Assembly (NCBI GenBank): GCA_951406725.2
Contig: OX597830.1
Location: forward strand, 79,856,001 to 79,920,000
Origin: Octopus vulgaris
Lineage: Eukaryota
DNA: 64,000 nucleotides
Reading direction: 5' to 3'
Shown here: piece after piece, positions 12,783 through 26,137 of the stretch
Layout: each line of letters opens with the position of its first letter
Position numbering within the stretch: the stretch's first letter is position 1
The notes under the pieces: generated by a model
What the model was told of the DNA's origin: nothing
The model's database searches: none
Seen by the model: the letters and a program-made list of their open reading frames with translations, nothing else
Made by a program: the position numbers and the translations under genes

Positions 12783-13189
12783 TTAAATCCTTTTGCAACC
12801 ATATTAATTATGAAATTCGCTATCCATGATAGATTTAGGAAAACAATCTATCTCTAGGTTATTAAGATGGTGTTTGGAATATACCAAAAAAGTTCTTTGA
12901 TAAAATTATGCCAAAAAGGTTATACACTTGCCCAAGATGCCACGCAGTGGGACTGAACCTGGAACCATGTATAAACAGTTTGAAATGCCAACCACTTTAC
13001 AGCGTGTACTGGATGCTATTGTAAGGGGAGATCACTCTGTAGAGCACAAGACTTGAACTGACCGGGTTACAGTGGAGGATCCCTTTCAGCTGAATGGAGA
13101 TACAGTTGAGAAGTGGCTTTGAGCTAGATGAGAGGTTGAAGTATGAAAAAGGAACCAGAACTAAAGAGGTTTCTTTGGGTGTGGTCATC

Positions 13190-13660
13190 AGCATATAGCA
13201 GTTCCCACAGGTATTTGCTCTTAAATTCTTCCATTGTTGCCTGGATAATTGTGATGAATAGAAAAGGCAACTGTGAACCAAATCCTGATGAACTCCTGTC
13301 TGTACTCTAAACTCATCATTGTACTCATAGCTAAACTCTCACCTTACTAACAGCATCTCTGTACATGACTTTTATGGTTCTCACAAGCCATTCTTCCACT
13401 AACTAGCTCTCTCAACAAGTAGCATGCAAAAACACCTTTTGAGCATAGTTGTTGCCAGAACTGCCTGACTGGCCCTTGTGCCAGTGGTACATAAAAGCAC
13501 CCACTACACTCTCAGAGTGGTTGGCATTAGGAAGGGCATCCAGCTGTAGAAACTCTGCCAGATCAGATTGGAGTCTGGTGCAGCCTCTGCCTCACCAGTC
13601 CTCAGTCAAACCGTCCAACCCATGCCAGCATGGAGGGCAGACATTAAACGATGATGATGA

Positions 13661-13700
<40 letters not shown>

Positions 13701-14100
13701 AGTGCTGTGTGGAAAGAAGCTTGCTTCCCAATCTCATGATTCCAGGTTCAGTCCCACTGCATAGCACCTTGGGCAAACCACAAGACCACAAAGTGAGAAA
13801 TCATGAAGACAGCTTAGTACAACAGCTTACTTTTAGCTTAGTGCTTCTCCTGCACACTAGTCTCATTCATAGCACTTTCGTCCCCGGCACAAAATCAAAC
13901 CACATCTCATCTACTCTCTCTCTTTCTTTCTCCAATTAATTGAGCTATAACTCTTTCCATAGCTTTCTCGACCTAGTCCAGCTGTTTGATGCCTCTGTAG
14001 TTACTTCAATCTGTGGCAGACCCTTTACTTTTGTAGCAGTTGTCTTCGATGCTGTTTAATCAGTCATTCGGTATGACATCTTCCTGTATAACCTCATTCA
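13190..14100 (-). mobile_element. Decayed RTE-clade LINE RT fragment interrupted by SINEs (~13445-13775)
   Basis: Minus-strand remnants NYRGIK, EFRVQTGVHQ and WELLYADD, with stops and frameshifts. Confidence 0.8.
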
Positions 14101-14145
14101 CTATACTGATAACTAGGGTTTATCCTTTTCCTCCACACCCACACC

Positions 14146-14183
<38 letters not shown>

Positions 14184-14620
14184 ACATCATCCTCAACATC
14201 CATATCATGATAATCATAATCACGATCTTCATTATCATCATCATCATCATCATTGTGATCATTTTAATGGTGGTGGTGGTGGTGGTGGTGGTGATGTGTA
14301 TGTGTGTGTCTATGTATTTATGAAGCAGCGGGCATGGCTGTGTGGTTAGGGAGCTTGCTTCCTAGCTATGTGGTTTCGGGTCAGTCCCACTGCGTGGCAC
14401 TTTGGGTAGGTGTCTTTCACTATAGCCCCGAGCTGACCGGAGCTTTGTGATTGAATTCGGTAGGTGGAAGTTACTGCCGTGTGTGTATATGTGCGTGTAG
14501 GTGCTTGTGCCTCTCCGAAAGAGAGAGAGGGAAGTCTTCTTTCTTCATGCATAATTTTACATATGAAACCTTCATTTTGGTCACTGGTGTACATTAATTA
14601 ATATGTTATATTTTTGACAG

Positions 14621-14795
14621 AACTTGGTAAAAGATAGAGCCTTGTTTGTAGTCAAGGATGGAAAATTGATCTCAAAAGTTGTGTCTGTTGAATCATTACC
14701 AGAATCAGAAGATACTGATTACTCAGCGTTTATGAGTTCCAGAACACCGTCCAGTCAAAGAAGTGACGTCTTAAGCTTTCTGTTGGAAGAAATGG
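14621..14795 (+). CDS. MDH1B: MDH1B-like, coding exon 5
   Basis: tttttgacAG acceptor and GTAAGG donor at 14796. Open frame NLVKDRALFVV...LLEEM, phase 0 in and phase 1 out, matching both flanking exons. Confidence 0.82.
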
Positions 14796-14849
14796 GTAAG
14801 GCAAAAAAAAAAAAAAATCGAGGCTTACTAGTTTTGCTATCAAATTACA

Positions 14850-15450
14850 CAAAGGTGGTGAGCTGGCAGAGTCGTTACCAAGCTGGGGGAAATGCTTAGT
14901 GACCTTAGTTCTGAGTTCGAATGCCATTAAGGTCGACTTTGCATTTCATCCTTTTGGTGTCAATAAAATAAGTACCAGTTGAGTACTGGGGCTGATGTAA
15001 TCACCTTACCCCTCCCTCAAAATTGCTGGCCTTGTGCCAACATCTGAAACTGTTATTAAATTACTTGAAAGCAGTGAGATGGCAGAATTAGTATCACACT
15101 AAGGCGGCAAGCTGGCACCAGTTGCTAGCACTGGGGTTCAAATTCTGCCGAGGTCGACTTTGCCTTTATCCTTTCGGGTCGATAAATAAGTACTTATGCA
15201 CTGTTGATATAATCACCGTCCTTTGTCTGTCCTTGCTTGTCCTCTCTGTGTTTAGCCCCTTGTGGGCAGTAAAGAAATAGGTATTTCATCTGTCTTTACA
15301 TTCTGTGTTCAAATTCTGCTGAGGTCGACTTTACCTTTTATCCTTTCAGGGTTGATAAATTAATTACCAGTTGCGTACTGCAGTCGATCTAATCGACTGG
15401 CCCCCTCCCCCAAAATTTCTGGCCTTGTGCCTAGAGTAGAAAAGAATATT
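14850..15450 (+). mobile_element. SINE cluster ('tttcatcctttcggggtcgataaa' family)
   Basis: Repeated heads 'ggcggcaagctggca' and the shared core are also seen at 17616-18213 and in the 1.5 kb array units. Confidence 0.8.
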
Positions 15451-16039
15451 TACCAAGAGAGAAAACCCTCATATGGTTAACTGGTGCACAAAGGCACGTC
15501 ATATCTATCACCAGTGGCAGACAATCCCCACTACTTCCACTGCTCAGACTATCACATCATATGATTTTGGCCTGATTGGGCTTTTTCAATATAACCATAT
15601 GGATGTCTTGTCTCTCGGTAAATATTGCAGTATTTAATTGTTTTAATGCAAATTTCACTTTTAAGTGGTGAATATTTTACCTTTGGTTCTTAATATTACC
15701 TCTGTCACTCTATTTTTTAATAAGCCCACTGTCCTTTAGCAACATCAGTGCCAGTTATGGCTCTGTATTTCTATGTATATTGCTAGCATGGCAGTTACTG
15801 CTATTTCCAGCTATTTGGTGTCCATCACTGAAATGGCCAAATGAGGCTGAAATCACGTGATCTGGTAGTCCAAGCAGTGGAAGTAGTAGTGATTGTCTAC
15901 TGCTGGCGATAACTATGATGTGCTTCTATGCACCATATAAGCATATGAGAGTTTTCTCCCTTGGTAAATATTACATCATTTGTGTTCTAATGCAACGCCC
16001 TCTTTTAAGTGGTGAATATTTTACCTTATATATATATGT

Positions 16040-16440
16040 ATAGGTGCAGGAGTGGCTGTGTGGTAAGTAGCTTGCTTACCAACCACATGGTTCCGGGTTC
16101 AGTCCCACTGCGTGGCACCTTGGGCAAGTGTATTCTACTATAGCCTCGGGCTGACCAAAGCCTTGTGAGTGGATTTGGTGGACGGAAACTGAAAGAAACC
16201 CGTCGTATATATGTATATGTATATATATATGTGTGTGTGTTTGTGTGTCTGTGTTTGTTCCCCCGTATCTTATGGTGTGTTTACGTCCCCCGTATCTTAG
16301 TGGTTCGGCAAAAGAGACCGATAGAATAAGTTTTAGGCTTACAAGGAATAAATCCTGGGGTTGATTTGCTCAACTAAGGGCAGTGCTCCAGCATGGCCGC
16401 AGTCAAATGACTGAAACAAGTAAAAGAGTAAAGAGAGAAT
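16040..16440 (+). mobile_element. Full-length tRNA-derived SINE
   Basis: Head 'ggtgcaggagtggctgtgtggtaagtagcttgct...ggttcagtccc', an internal (TA)(TG) tract and tail 'gaaacaagtaaaagagtaaa'. The same family occurs at ~9625-10047, 16820-17220, 18486-18920, 54488-54960 and 61068-61520. Confidence 0.88.
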
Positions 16441-16819
16441 ATGAATTATACAATAGCTGAAGTGTACATTATTATAATATGCATCAATACCAATCTTACC
16501 ATTTGGTTTTGCACCAGAGATTCAAAAGAGTGTTAGGTAACAATCCAATCATGTAACCCTACACTCTTCATAGCTACATACAATTTATATCTGGATATTT
16601 CTACTTTTCTATTCAGTGTTTACTTCACTAAAGCACCTCATTTGTTTTTAATGAAATACAGAGCTAGTCAAAGTGCCATGTCAGAGAATTGCCTTTGATG
16701 TTCATGTTTGGTTTGCATGCTAGCAGGAGTTAGAGGGTAGGAGTGAAGTACAGAGATGTAGATGTGGTGGTGGTGGTGGTAGGTGGTGGGTGGAGAATCA
16801 TTCAGGAGATTAATTGATT

Positions 16820-17220
16820 ACTCTTTTACTCTTTTACTTGTTTCAGTCATTTGACTGCGGCCATGCTGGAGCACCGCCTTTAGTCGAGCAAATCGACTCC
16901 GGGACTTATTCTTTGTTAGCCCAGTACTTATTCCATCGGTCCCTTTTGCTGAACCGCTAAGTGACGGGGACGTAAACACACCAGCATCGGTTGTCAAGCA
17001 ATGCTAGGGGGACAAACACACACACACACAAACACACATACATATATATATATACATATATACGACAGGCTTCTTTCAGTTTCCGTCTACCAAATCCACT
17101 CACAAGGCATTGGTCAGCCCGGGGCTATAGTAGAACACACTTGCCCAAGATGCCATGCAGTGGGACTGAACCCGGAACCATGTGGTTGGTTAGCAAGCTA
17201 CTTACCACACAGCCACTCCT
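16820..17220 (-). mobile_element. Full-length tRNA-derived SINE, inverted relative to 16040-16440
   Basis: Reverse complement of the same family. It ends ~45 bp before the last exon acceptor. Confidence 0.88.
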
Positions 17221-17267
17221 GATTGATTGCTTTTTATATATATATATTTTTTTTTTTTCTAATTCAG

Positions 17268-17491
17268 TTGAAGAACAAGAAGCGCTGGAGAGGAGACGTA
17301 CGAAAATGTCCGCATCCTCAATGCCACGTGGGAGCCTAGACAGTGAGCACGACTTGGAGCTTGAAAATCTAGACGCTATAATGCCTGAAGAAGAGGTGGA
17401 AGAGGAAATTTCAGAAACTGCATTAAATACTGAAGATATCGAGATAGAAGATAATAATAATAATCCACCAGCAGAAGAAACTGAACAATAA
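17268..17491 (+). CDS. MDH1B: MDH1B-like, terminal coding exon (acidic low-complexity tail)
   Basis: Poly-T plus CAG acceptor at 17265-17267. A phase-1 join gives V-EEQEALERRRTKMS...EETEQ-TAA. Confidence 0.8.
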
Positions 17492-17615
17492 TTAGTTTAT
17501 AATCTAAACTAAAATATTTTATTATTGAAAAAGATCAAAATATTTCTAGTTTTTATATTTCATTTTGATTATGATTTTTTTCTTCTTATTTCTTGTGGTG
17601 CTGGAGATAATGGGT

Positions 17616-18213
17616 AAGGCGGCAAGCTGGCAGAAACGTTAGCACGCTGGGCGAAATGCGTAGCCGTATTTCGTCTGCCGTTACGTTCTGAGTTCAAATT
17701 CCACCGAGGTCGACTTTGCCTTTCATCCTTTCGAGGTCGATAAATAAAGTACCAGTTTCGCACTGGGGTTGATGTAATCGACTTAATCCATTTGTCTGTC
17801 TTTGTTTGTCCTCTCTGTGTTTAGCCCCTTGTGGGTAATAAAGAAATTGGTATTTCGTCTGCCGTTACGTTCTGAGTTCAAATTCCACCGAGGTTGACTT
17901 TGCCTTTCATCCTTTCGGGTTGATAAATAAAGTACCAGTTTTGCACTGGGGCTGATGTAATCAACTTAATCCCTTTGTCTGTCTTTGTTTGTCCTCTCTG
18001 TGTTTAGCCCTTTGTGGGTAATAAAGAAATAGGTATTTCGTCTGCCGTTACGTTCTGAGTTCAAATTCCACCGAGGTCGACTTTGCCTTTCATCCTTTCG
18101 GGGTCGATAAATAAAGTACCAGTTTTGCACTGGGGTTGATGTAATCGACTTAATCCCTTTGTCTGTCTTTGTTTGTCCCCTCTATGTTTAGCCCCTTGTG
18201 GGTAGTAAAGAAA
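17616..18213 (+). repeat. SINE with three tandem ~182 bp copies of its body
   Basis: 'gtatttcgtctgccgttacgttctgagttcaaattccaccgagg' occurs at ~17667, ~17850 and ~18033. Confidence 0.92.
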
Positions 18214-18667
18214 TATATATTATATTTTCCAGCATACAATCTAAAGTTTTCAAGCCAAAATTTACAGCCAAAAATGAGGTACGAGGGACGTTCAATAAGT
18301 AATTCCCCTGACCCACTTGCAGTTGGAAGGGCATCCAGCTGTAGAAACTCTGCCAGATCAGATTGGAGTCTGGTGCAGCCTCTGCCTCACCAGTCCTCAG
18401 TCAAACCGTCCAACCCATGCCAGCATGGAGGGCGGACATTAAACAATGATGATGATGATATATATATATATATATATATATATATGGAGTGCTGTGTGGA
18501 AAGAAGCTTGCTTCCCAACCTCATGATTCCAGGTTCAGTCCCACTGCATGGCACCTTGGGCAAGTGTCTTCTTCTATAGCCTCAGGCCAATCAAAACCTT
18601 GTGAGTGGATTTGGTAGACAGAAACTGAAAGAAGTCTGTCGTATGTATGTGTGTACTTTTGTGTGTG

Positions 18668-18710
<43 letters not shown>

Positions 18711-19012
18711 TTGTGTCTCTGTGTTTGTCTCTCCACCATCGCTTAACAACCAATGTTGGTGTGTCTACACCCTCGTAAATTAGCAGTTCAGCAAAAGAGA
18801 CTGATAGAATGAGTGCTGGACTTGACTTACAAAGAATAAGTCCCGGGTCGATTTGTTTCACTAAAGGTGATGCTCGAGCATGGCCACAGTCAAATGACTG
18901 AAACAAATAAAAGAACAAAAGAAAGAACATATACAAATACACACACACTTGTGCAAATACATACACACACACACACACACAGACACACACACACACACAC
19001 ACATGGAAACTA

Positions 19013-19527
19013 GTATTTTTGGTACTCATTTTCAATTAAGTGTACTGGAAAATATGGAAACCAAAAGAAGCAGCACAAATGCTAGGACACAAGAAGCTCC
19101 TAAGCAGATCGAGTGCAGATATGAACAGCATATGGGAACCGGTATTAAGGAAGGATAGGAGAATATTAGAGTTATAATTTACTCCATAGTTGCTCATGGG
19201 CATATGGCATAGTGGTTAAGAGTGCAGGCTACTAACCCCGAGATTCCGGGTTTGATTCCAGGCAGTGACTGGATGATGATGATGATGATGATGATGGTGA
19301 TGGTGATGATGATGATGATGATGGTGATGGTGATGATGGTGGTGATGATGATGGTGATGATGATGGTGATGGTGATGGTGATGATGATGATGGTGATGGT
19401 GATGATGATGGTGGTGATGATGATGATGATGGTAATGGTGATGATGGTGGTGATGATGATGGTGATGGTGATGATGATGGTGATGATGATGATAGTGGTA
19501 GTGGCAGTGGCGGCGGTGATGGTGATA

Positions 19528-19580
<53 letters not shown>

Positions 19581-21358
19581 GATGGTAATAGTGGTGGTGG
19601 TGGCGGCGGTGATGGTGATGATGATGATGATGATGATTTCGTTGTCGTCATAAATTTCATGACTAGCTGTTCAAGAAAAATGCTCTCTAAAGAACTAAAC
19701 TGGAACTTTCGCTTCTAAAGAATTTAACGCTGACTGCAACCGAAATGAATTAAGATTAAATACGGAAGAATTTTGCTTACCATCGGATATAAGAGTCGCA
19801 GAGAATATGGCATTTGATGATAAACCATTCCACCAGTAATTTAATGTTGTTGTTATGGCATGACCAATGAGATGGTAGGTAGGGTGCCGTAAATTCATTT
19901 CATTGACGTGTTTTCTTGAACTGACTTCATTTACATACTCCTTCTTGAGCCAGCTTTGTTGATGAAAAATATCATTTAATGGCTGAGAGAATGTAGCTGG
20001 ACCAACAACTGCACAATCAAACTCTCTAACTAAAGTCTTGTCCAATTCTATCAAATAATCATTGCTGATACTTCCCAATATAACAACGTTATCAATGGAG
20101 CAGCTGCTTGCTGGCAGTTTTTCAGCTAAAACAGATTTGGCCTGGTTTTCAATTACTTTTGAAACACCAATAATATTTCTGGATGAAATGTGAGAAACAA
20201 TCTCATTTAATATGCTCATATTTAAACACATGTAATTATTTCCTGCAACTAATAGCAACGTGTCACTTTTGGCAACTTTCAACAGAGTTGTCCCATAAAA
20301 CCCAAAAAGAACAGCGTTTCTTTCCGTCCACCGATGTACTTTTTCCTCTTCTTTCCTTTCTACCTCATCCAAAAAGATAATAATTCTACTTCCTTTAAAA
20401 GCTTTTTCACAGTCAGATGTAACAAAGACATTCAAATACAGAAGTCCCATAAGCCATGTTTTGTATATTTTCAGCGATGTATTGCAATTCAGCTGTCTGT
20501 GCTGGATCGCAGTCCAGAAGACACAATGAAATTTTCTCTTCACCAAATATTTTCCCTGAGAGTAAACTGTCGACCAAACTGAAACAAACTGGGCTACTAG
20601 CATTTGTTATGCACACTTTAATGAATTTTTCGTTTCTTATCCTTTCTCTTTCTTCTTCATCAAGTTCGATTTTAGTGGTTTGATTTTCATAAGCAATGAT
20701 TTTCATACTTTTGCCGTCCAAATCAATAGTAACGCCATAGTAGCCGTATGCATATTCTTCAAATTCATTCGATCCACCAATTAAAACACCTTTCCCACCT
20801 CGATCAACCAATTCTCTCCAAATTATTGGTGATTGTTCATGCTTCCAACCATTTGCCTCACATATTTCACAAAGCCATTCCTGAATCACACAAAGTTAAA
20901 CAAAAATTAAAACCAACATAAAATTGAATTGAAACATTGATAAAGCATAGCCATTAACTATTATATCATAGCCATTAACTATTGCAGAAATTCAATTTCC
21001 TCTAGGAAAAATGTTTGTGTACACACAATTATTATCTTTTGTACATTAGGCATAAAATATGCATGCACATGAGCAAGTGCACAGCTTAAAGGAAACAGTG
21101 CACCTAAGATTCCACTGAGCTGCACACCATCATCAAGTGTAGAGACGCAGCAACTGTCATATATATATCTTTTTCCTTTTGAATCTTTTACTTTGAAGAA
21201 TTTTAGTTGAATGAATCGATCCTAGTCTTTATTATTTTCATTTTAAGCCAGGTACTTATTTCATTGGTCTCCTTTTGCTGAACTGCTAAGATATGGGGAC
21301 ATAGACACCAACACTGGCTGTCGGGTGATGGTGGGGGCAAACATAGACTCAAAGACAT

Positions 21359-21416
<58 letters not shown>

Positions 21417-22155
21417 TCATACAGAGGCAAGGACTGAGACCATTTGGCATTATGCTGTGCCTTGGGTGTTGGGCTTTTGTCATTATGCCAAGCTTGAGAA
21501 GAAGACCCACCAAGCCAAGTAAAACCACAGGCGTGGTAGATACTGGTGTCACACAAACTGCACCAGTGTCAGTAGAACGTATAAAGCACCCATTACACTC
21601 TTAGAGTGGTTGGCATTAGGAAGGGCATCCAGCCATAGAAACCATGCCAAAACAGACTGGAGTCTGGTGTAGCCTTCCATCTTACTAGCCCTGGTTGAAC
21701 CGTCCAGCCCATTCCAGCATGGATAATGGATGTTAAATGATGATGGTGATGATGATGATGATGATGATATGCTAAAACTCCCTTCGGTCATGACTGACCA
21801 TGGGATTGCACCTAGAAAGTTACCCTCTGAGGCACAAGTCTGCGCAAGGTTGTTTATGGAAAACCAGCAGTCGCTCATGCATACCGGCCCCCTCTGCATG
21901 CCACCAGTGTTATCCAAAGGAAAGGCAAAGGCCGATACAGCTTGGCATCAGTGACATTGTAAATCATTTCTACAGTTGAGTGAACTGGAGCAACATGAAA
22001 TAAAGTGTCTTGCTCATGAACACAACATGCAGCCCGGTCCAGGATTCAAACTCACAACCTCACAATCGTAAGATCAACGCTCTAACCACTGAACCATGTG
22101 CATTCACAGATGATAATGATGATGATGATGATATATATATATATATATATATAAT
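19013..22155 (-). repeat. Inverted duplicate of ~8315-11949 (intron 2 part, exon 3, intron 3 part)
   Basis: Reverse-complement identity across unique intron sequence, the exon, SINEs and microsatellites. The breakpoint 'aatgagtaccaaaaatac' lies at 11949/19013. Confidence 0.96.
19781..20880 (-). pseudogene. MDH1B: Orphan inverted copy of MDH1B exon 3 with a +1 frameshift
   Basis: 1100 bp versus 1099 bp. There is an extra C at ~20446-20448 (gaagtcccat vs gaagtccat). The split ORFs 20413-20889 and 19695-20603 match the + exon except for V>I and S>T. Splice sites are retained. No copies of the other exons were seen. Confidence 0.88.
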
Positions 22156-22320
22156 ATATGTGTTTGTTTGTGTGTACTCCCCAAATTGCATGCATAAAAT
22201 TTATGCAAACTACAAGAACTATAGACCCACCCGGCATCCCGATTGACGACACCCCCCCCCCCCCCAACCCCACCGTTCCCCCAGCACCCCCCGATTAACT
22301 TTCCTCCTAAGACTATTCAC

Positions 22321-22538
22321 AGATTGTATATGTACACTTGTATATATGTATTGTATATATGGATAGAAATGAATGGGTGTAAGTAGGAATATACGCATGT
22401 ATGTGAGTGCGTGTATATGTATGTGTATATGTGTATGTACATGTGTATGTGTGTATGCGTGGGTTTTTTTTATACACTTATATATATGTATATATATATG
22501 AGTATGTGTGTATGTGTGTGGTTTTTTATATACTTATA

Positions 22539-22586
<48 letters not shown>

Positions 22587-23121
22587 AGTATGTGTATATG
22601 TATATGTATGTATATGTGTATGTATGTGTATGTGTATGTGTATGTATGTATGTGTATGTATATATGTGTATATATATGTGTGTATATGTATGTGTGTGTA
22701 TATATGTATGTGTATATATATATGTGTAGATATATATATATATATGTGTGTATATATATATATGTATATATATATATGTGTGTACGCTCGTGTGTTTATG
22801 TATATGTAAGTATGTAGAGTTGTGTGTATGTGCATGTATATATGTATATATACATATGTGTAGATAGGTATATATGCGTGTATGCTTATATGTATGTTTC
22901 CGTCTGTACAAAGGGTAACTGCATGTGTATATATATCTATTATTCCTTATTCATTATTTATTACATGAGTATGCGTTTGTATGCATGAATGCATTTATGT
23001 ATATAAGGAGGCGCGTGAGTGTGTGTATGTGTATGCATTCGTATAGACATATGTATACATTTATGCATGTATGTGCTTGTGTGTATGTATGTGTGTATAT
23101 GTATGTATATATGCACACATG

Positions 23122-23152
<31 letters not shown>

Positions 23153-23278
23153 GTATGTGTATATATATATATGTGTGTATGAGTATGTGTATATATATGC
23201 GTGTATGTGTAATGTGTGTGTATATGTGTGTATATATGTGTGTATATATGTGTGTGTATGTATGTATGTGTGTATATA

Positions 23279-23325
<47 letters not shown>

Positions 23326-23472
23326 GTATATGTGTATGTATGTGTATGTGTGTGTATGTGTATGTATGTATATGTATATGTGTGTATATATGTGTGTATA
23401 TATGTGTGTAGGTATGTATGTATGTGTATATATGTGTGTGTATATATATATATATGTATGTATATATATATA

Positions 23473-23517
<45 letters not shown>

Positions 23518-25250
23518 GTATATAATAATGAAATTATTGTATACAGTGCTTAGGTGCACCATAACTTCTCAAAAGTTCGTATAAAGTATATGCAGTAATG
23601 TACTAATGTCTGGAAAGTAAGCAGTGCATGAGTCAGATACATGCTTGCGTGTGTATGGAGGGGAGAAAATCAGGTGTAGTGTTGGAAGTTTTGAAGGATG
23701 CAGGAAAAGCATTGTTAATTTTATAGATACCCAGTTTGTAATAATAGTATTTATATTATCGGCACACTTTGGAAGATGAAAGGCAAAATTAGTTCCACTG
23801 AGATTTGAACATAGAGTGGAAGGGATGTAACTAAATATTATTTTCAGCTCTCCACTGATTTTGCTATACAACACCCTTTCAATCGGTAAATTTTTTTCTT
23901 TGATTTTGTTTTCTTTTATATAACAATAATAACAACAATAATAATAATAATTGTGAACAGTGGCTTTCAGGTGCACTACAACTCATCTAAAGTGTATATA
24001 TATATCAGGTATGTAGTTTCGGGGCGGATTTCGGAGCATGTAGGGCCTTAAAAGATGCAGTGTCATGGCAGTCAACAACTGACGAGGCAAAGTTTATTCC
24101 ATGCTTCAGCAACTCTGAGCGTGAAAATGTTTCCCGAAAGTCATGGGAGCTGTATTGTTTTCTGACTTTGTAGGCATGTGTCCACGTGTGTTAGACACAT
24201 GGAGATCAAAAAGGTGTTCAGTGTTGTTGTTGGTGAGGTGGTTGATAACTTTGTGGGTGTTTACCAAGTCCGTCGCCAAACGCCGGAGCTTCAGTGAATC
24301 CATGCCCAGGGAAACAAGGCGCTCAGAATATGGTAGGTGTCTGATGGAGGGTATATGCGTTTGGTTGCACGTCTCTGGACAGATTCCAGGAGGTCAATGT
24401 TCTGTGCAAGATAGGGGTTCCAAACTGATGATGCGAATTCCAAGTGTGGTCGTACCATAGCTGCTATACAGTTTTAAATAGATGGCTGGAGAGCGGCTAA
24501 CAAAAGACCTGCTGAGTGATGCCTACACTCGTGTGTTTATGTATATGTAAATATGTAGAGTTGTGTGTATGTGCATGTATATATGTATATATACATGTGT
24601 AGATAGGTATATGCGCGTATGCTTATATGTATGTTTCCGTCTGTACAAAGGGTAACTGCATGTGTATATATATCTATTATTCCTTATTCATTATTTATTA
24701 CATGAGTATGCGTTGTATGCATGAATGCATTTATGTATATAAGGAGGCGCGTGAGTGTGTGTATGTGTATGCACTTGTATAAACACATGTATACATTTAT
24801 GCATGTATGTGCTTGTGTGTATGTATGTGTGTATATGTATGTATATATGCACACATGTATATATATATATGTATATATATATATATGTATGTGTATATAT
24901 ATATATGTGTGTATGAGTATGTGTATATATATGCGTGTAAAAATGTGTGTAAATGTATGTATATATGTGTGTGTATGTATGTGTGTGTATATGTGTATGT
25001 GTGTATATATGTATGTGTATATGGATATATATATATATATATATATATGTGTGTATGTATGTGTGTGTGTATGTATATATATATATATATATATATATGT
25101 ACGCTTGTGTGTTTATGTATATGTAGGTATGTAGAGTTATGTGTGTGTGTATTTATGTACATATACATATGTGCAAATAGGTATATATGGGTATGTTTAT
25201 ATGTATGTATCCGTATGTATAATGGGTAACTGCAAGTATATATATATATA

Positions 25251-25295
<45 letters not shown>

Positions 25296-25479
25296 TTGAG
25301 TATGCATGTATGTATATATGTATATGCCTGTATGCATGTATGTATTTATGAACATAAGGGAGGCGCGTGTGTGTGTGGATGTGCATGCATATGTATAGAT
25401 ATGTGTATACATTAATGCATGTATGTACTTATGTGTATATATAGATGTGTGTGTGTGTGTGTGTATGTGTACGTATATG

Positions 25480-25550
<71 letters not shown>

Positions 25551-26105
25551 ATGTGTATATATGTATGAATGTATATGTGTATGTATATGTACATGTATAT
25601 GTATGTATATATATATATATATGTATATGTGTATGTATATGTATGTATGTGTATGTATGTGTATATGTGTATATATATTAATTAGTGTATATGTAGGGAC
25701 TAGTCTTATGTGAGTGTTTTGAGGTATGTATGTGTATGCGTGTATGTGAATATACATGAATGTATGCGTGTGCGTATGTGTATGTGTGTACGTCTGAGTG
25801 TGTGGGCGTGAGTGAGTGCTTGCGTTCGTATAAGTAAGTAGATAGATAAACGGAATCTTAAGCTCATCCCTTGAGACCGGCTGACCTCGGCCAAGATAAA
25901 AATAAAAATAAAAATAAAGATATAAACAAATGTAGTAATAATAAAATTAAAATAAGAGAATAAAAATGTGTGTGTATGTGTGTGCATGTATATGCATTTG
26001 TATAGGTGCGAGTGAGTATACATATGTGTATGTATATGTATGTATATGTGTATCTGTGTGTACGTTCATGGGTATGTGTATGTATATGTATATATATGTA
26101 TGTAT

Positions 26106-26137
<32 letters not shown>

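Noticed and set aside
16991-17267. N-terminal part of the 166-aa ORF
   Set aside because: It is antisense SINE and intron sequence; only 17268-17491 looks coding.
19198-19270. tRNA-like sequence (mirror at ~11685-11757)
   Set aside because: It has A/B boxes but no pairing acceptor stem and runs into (GAT)n, so it is a repeat-derived head rather than a tRNA gene.
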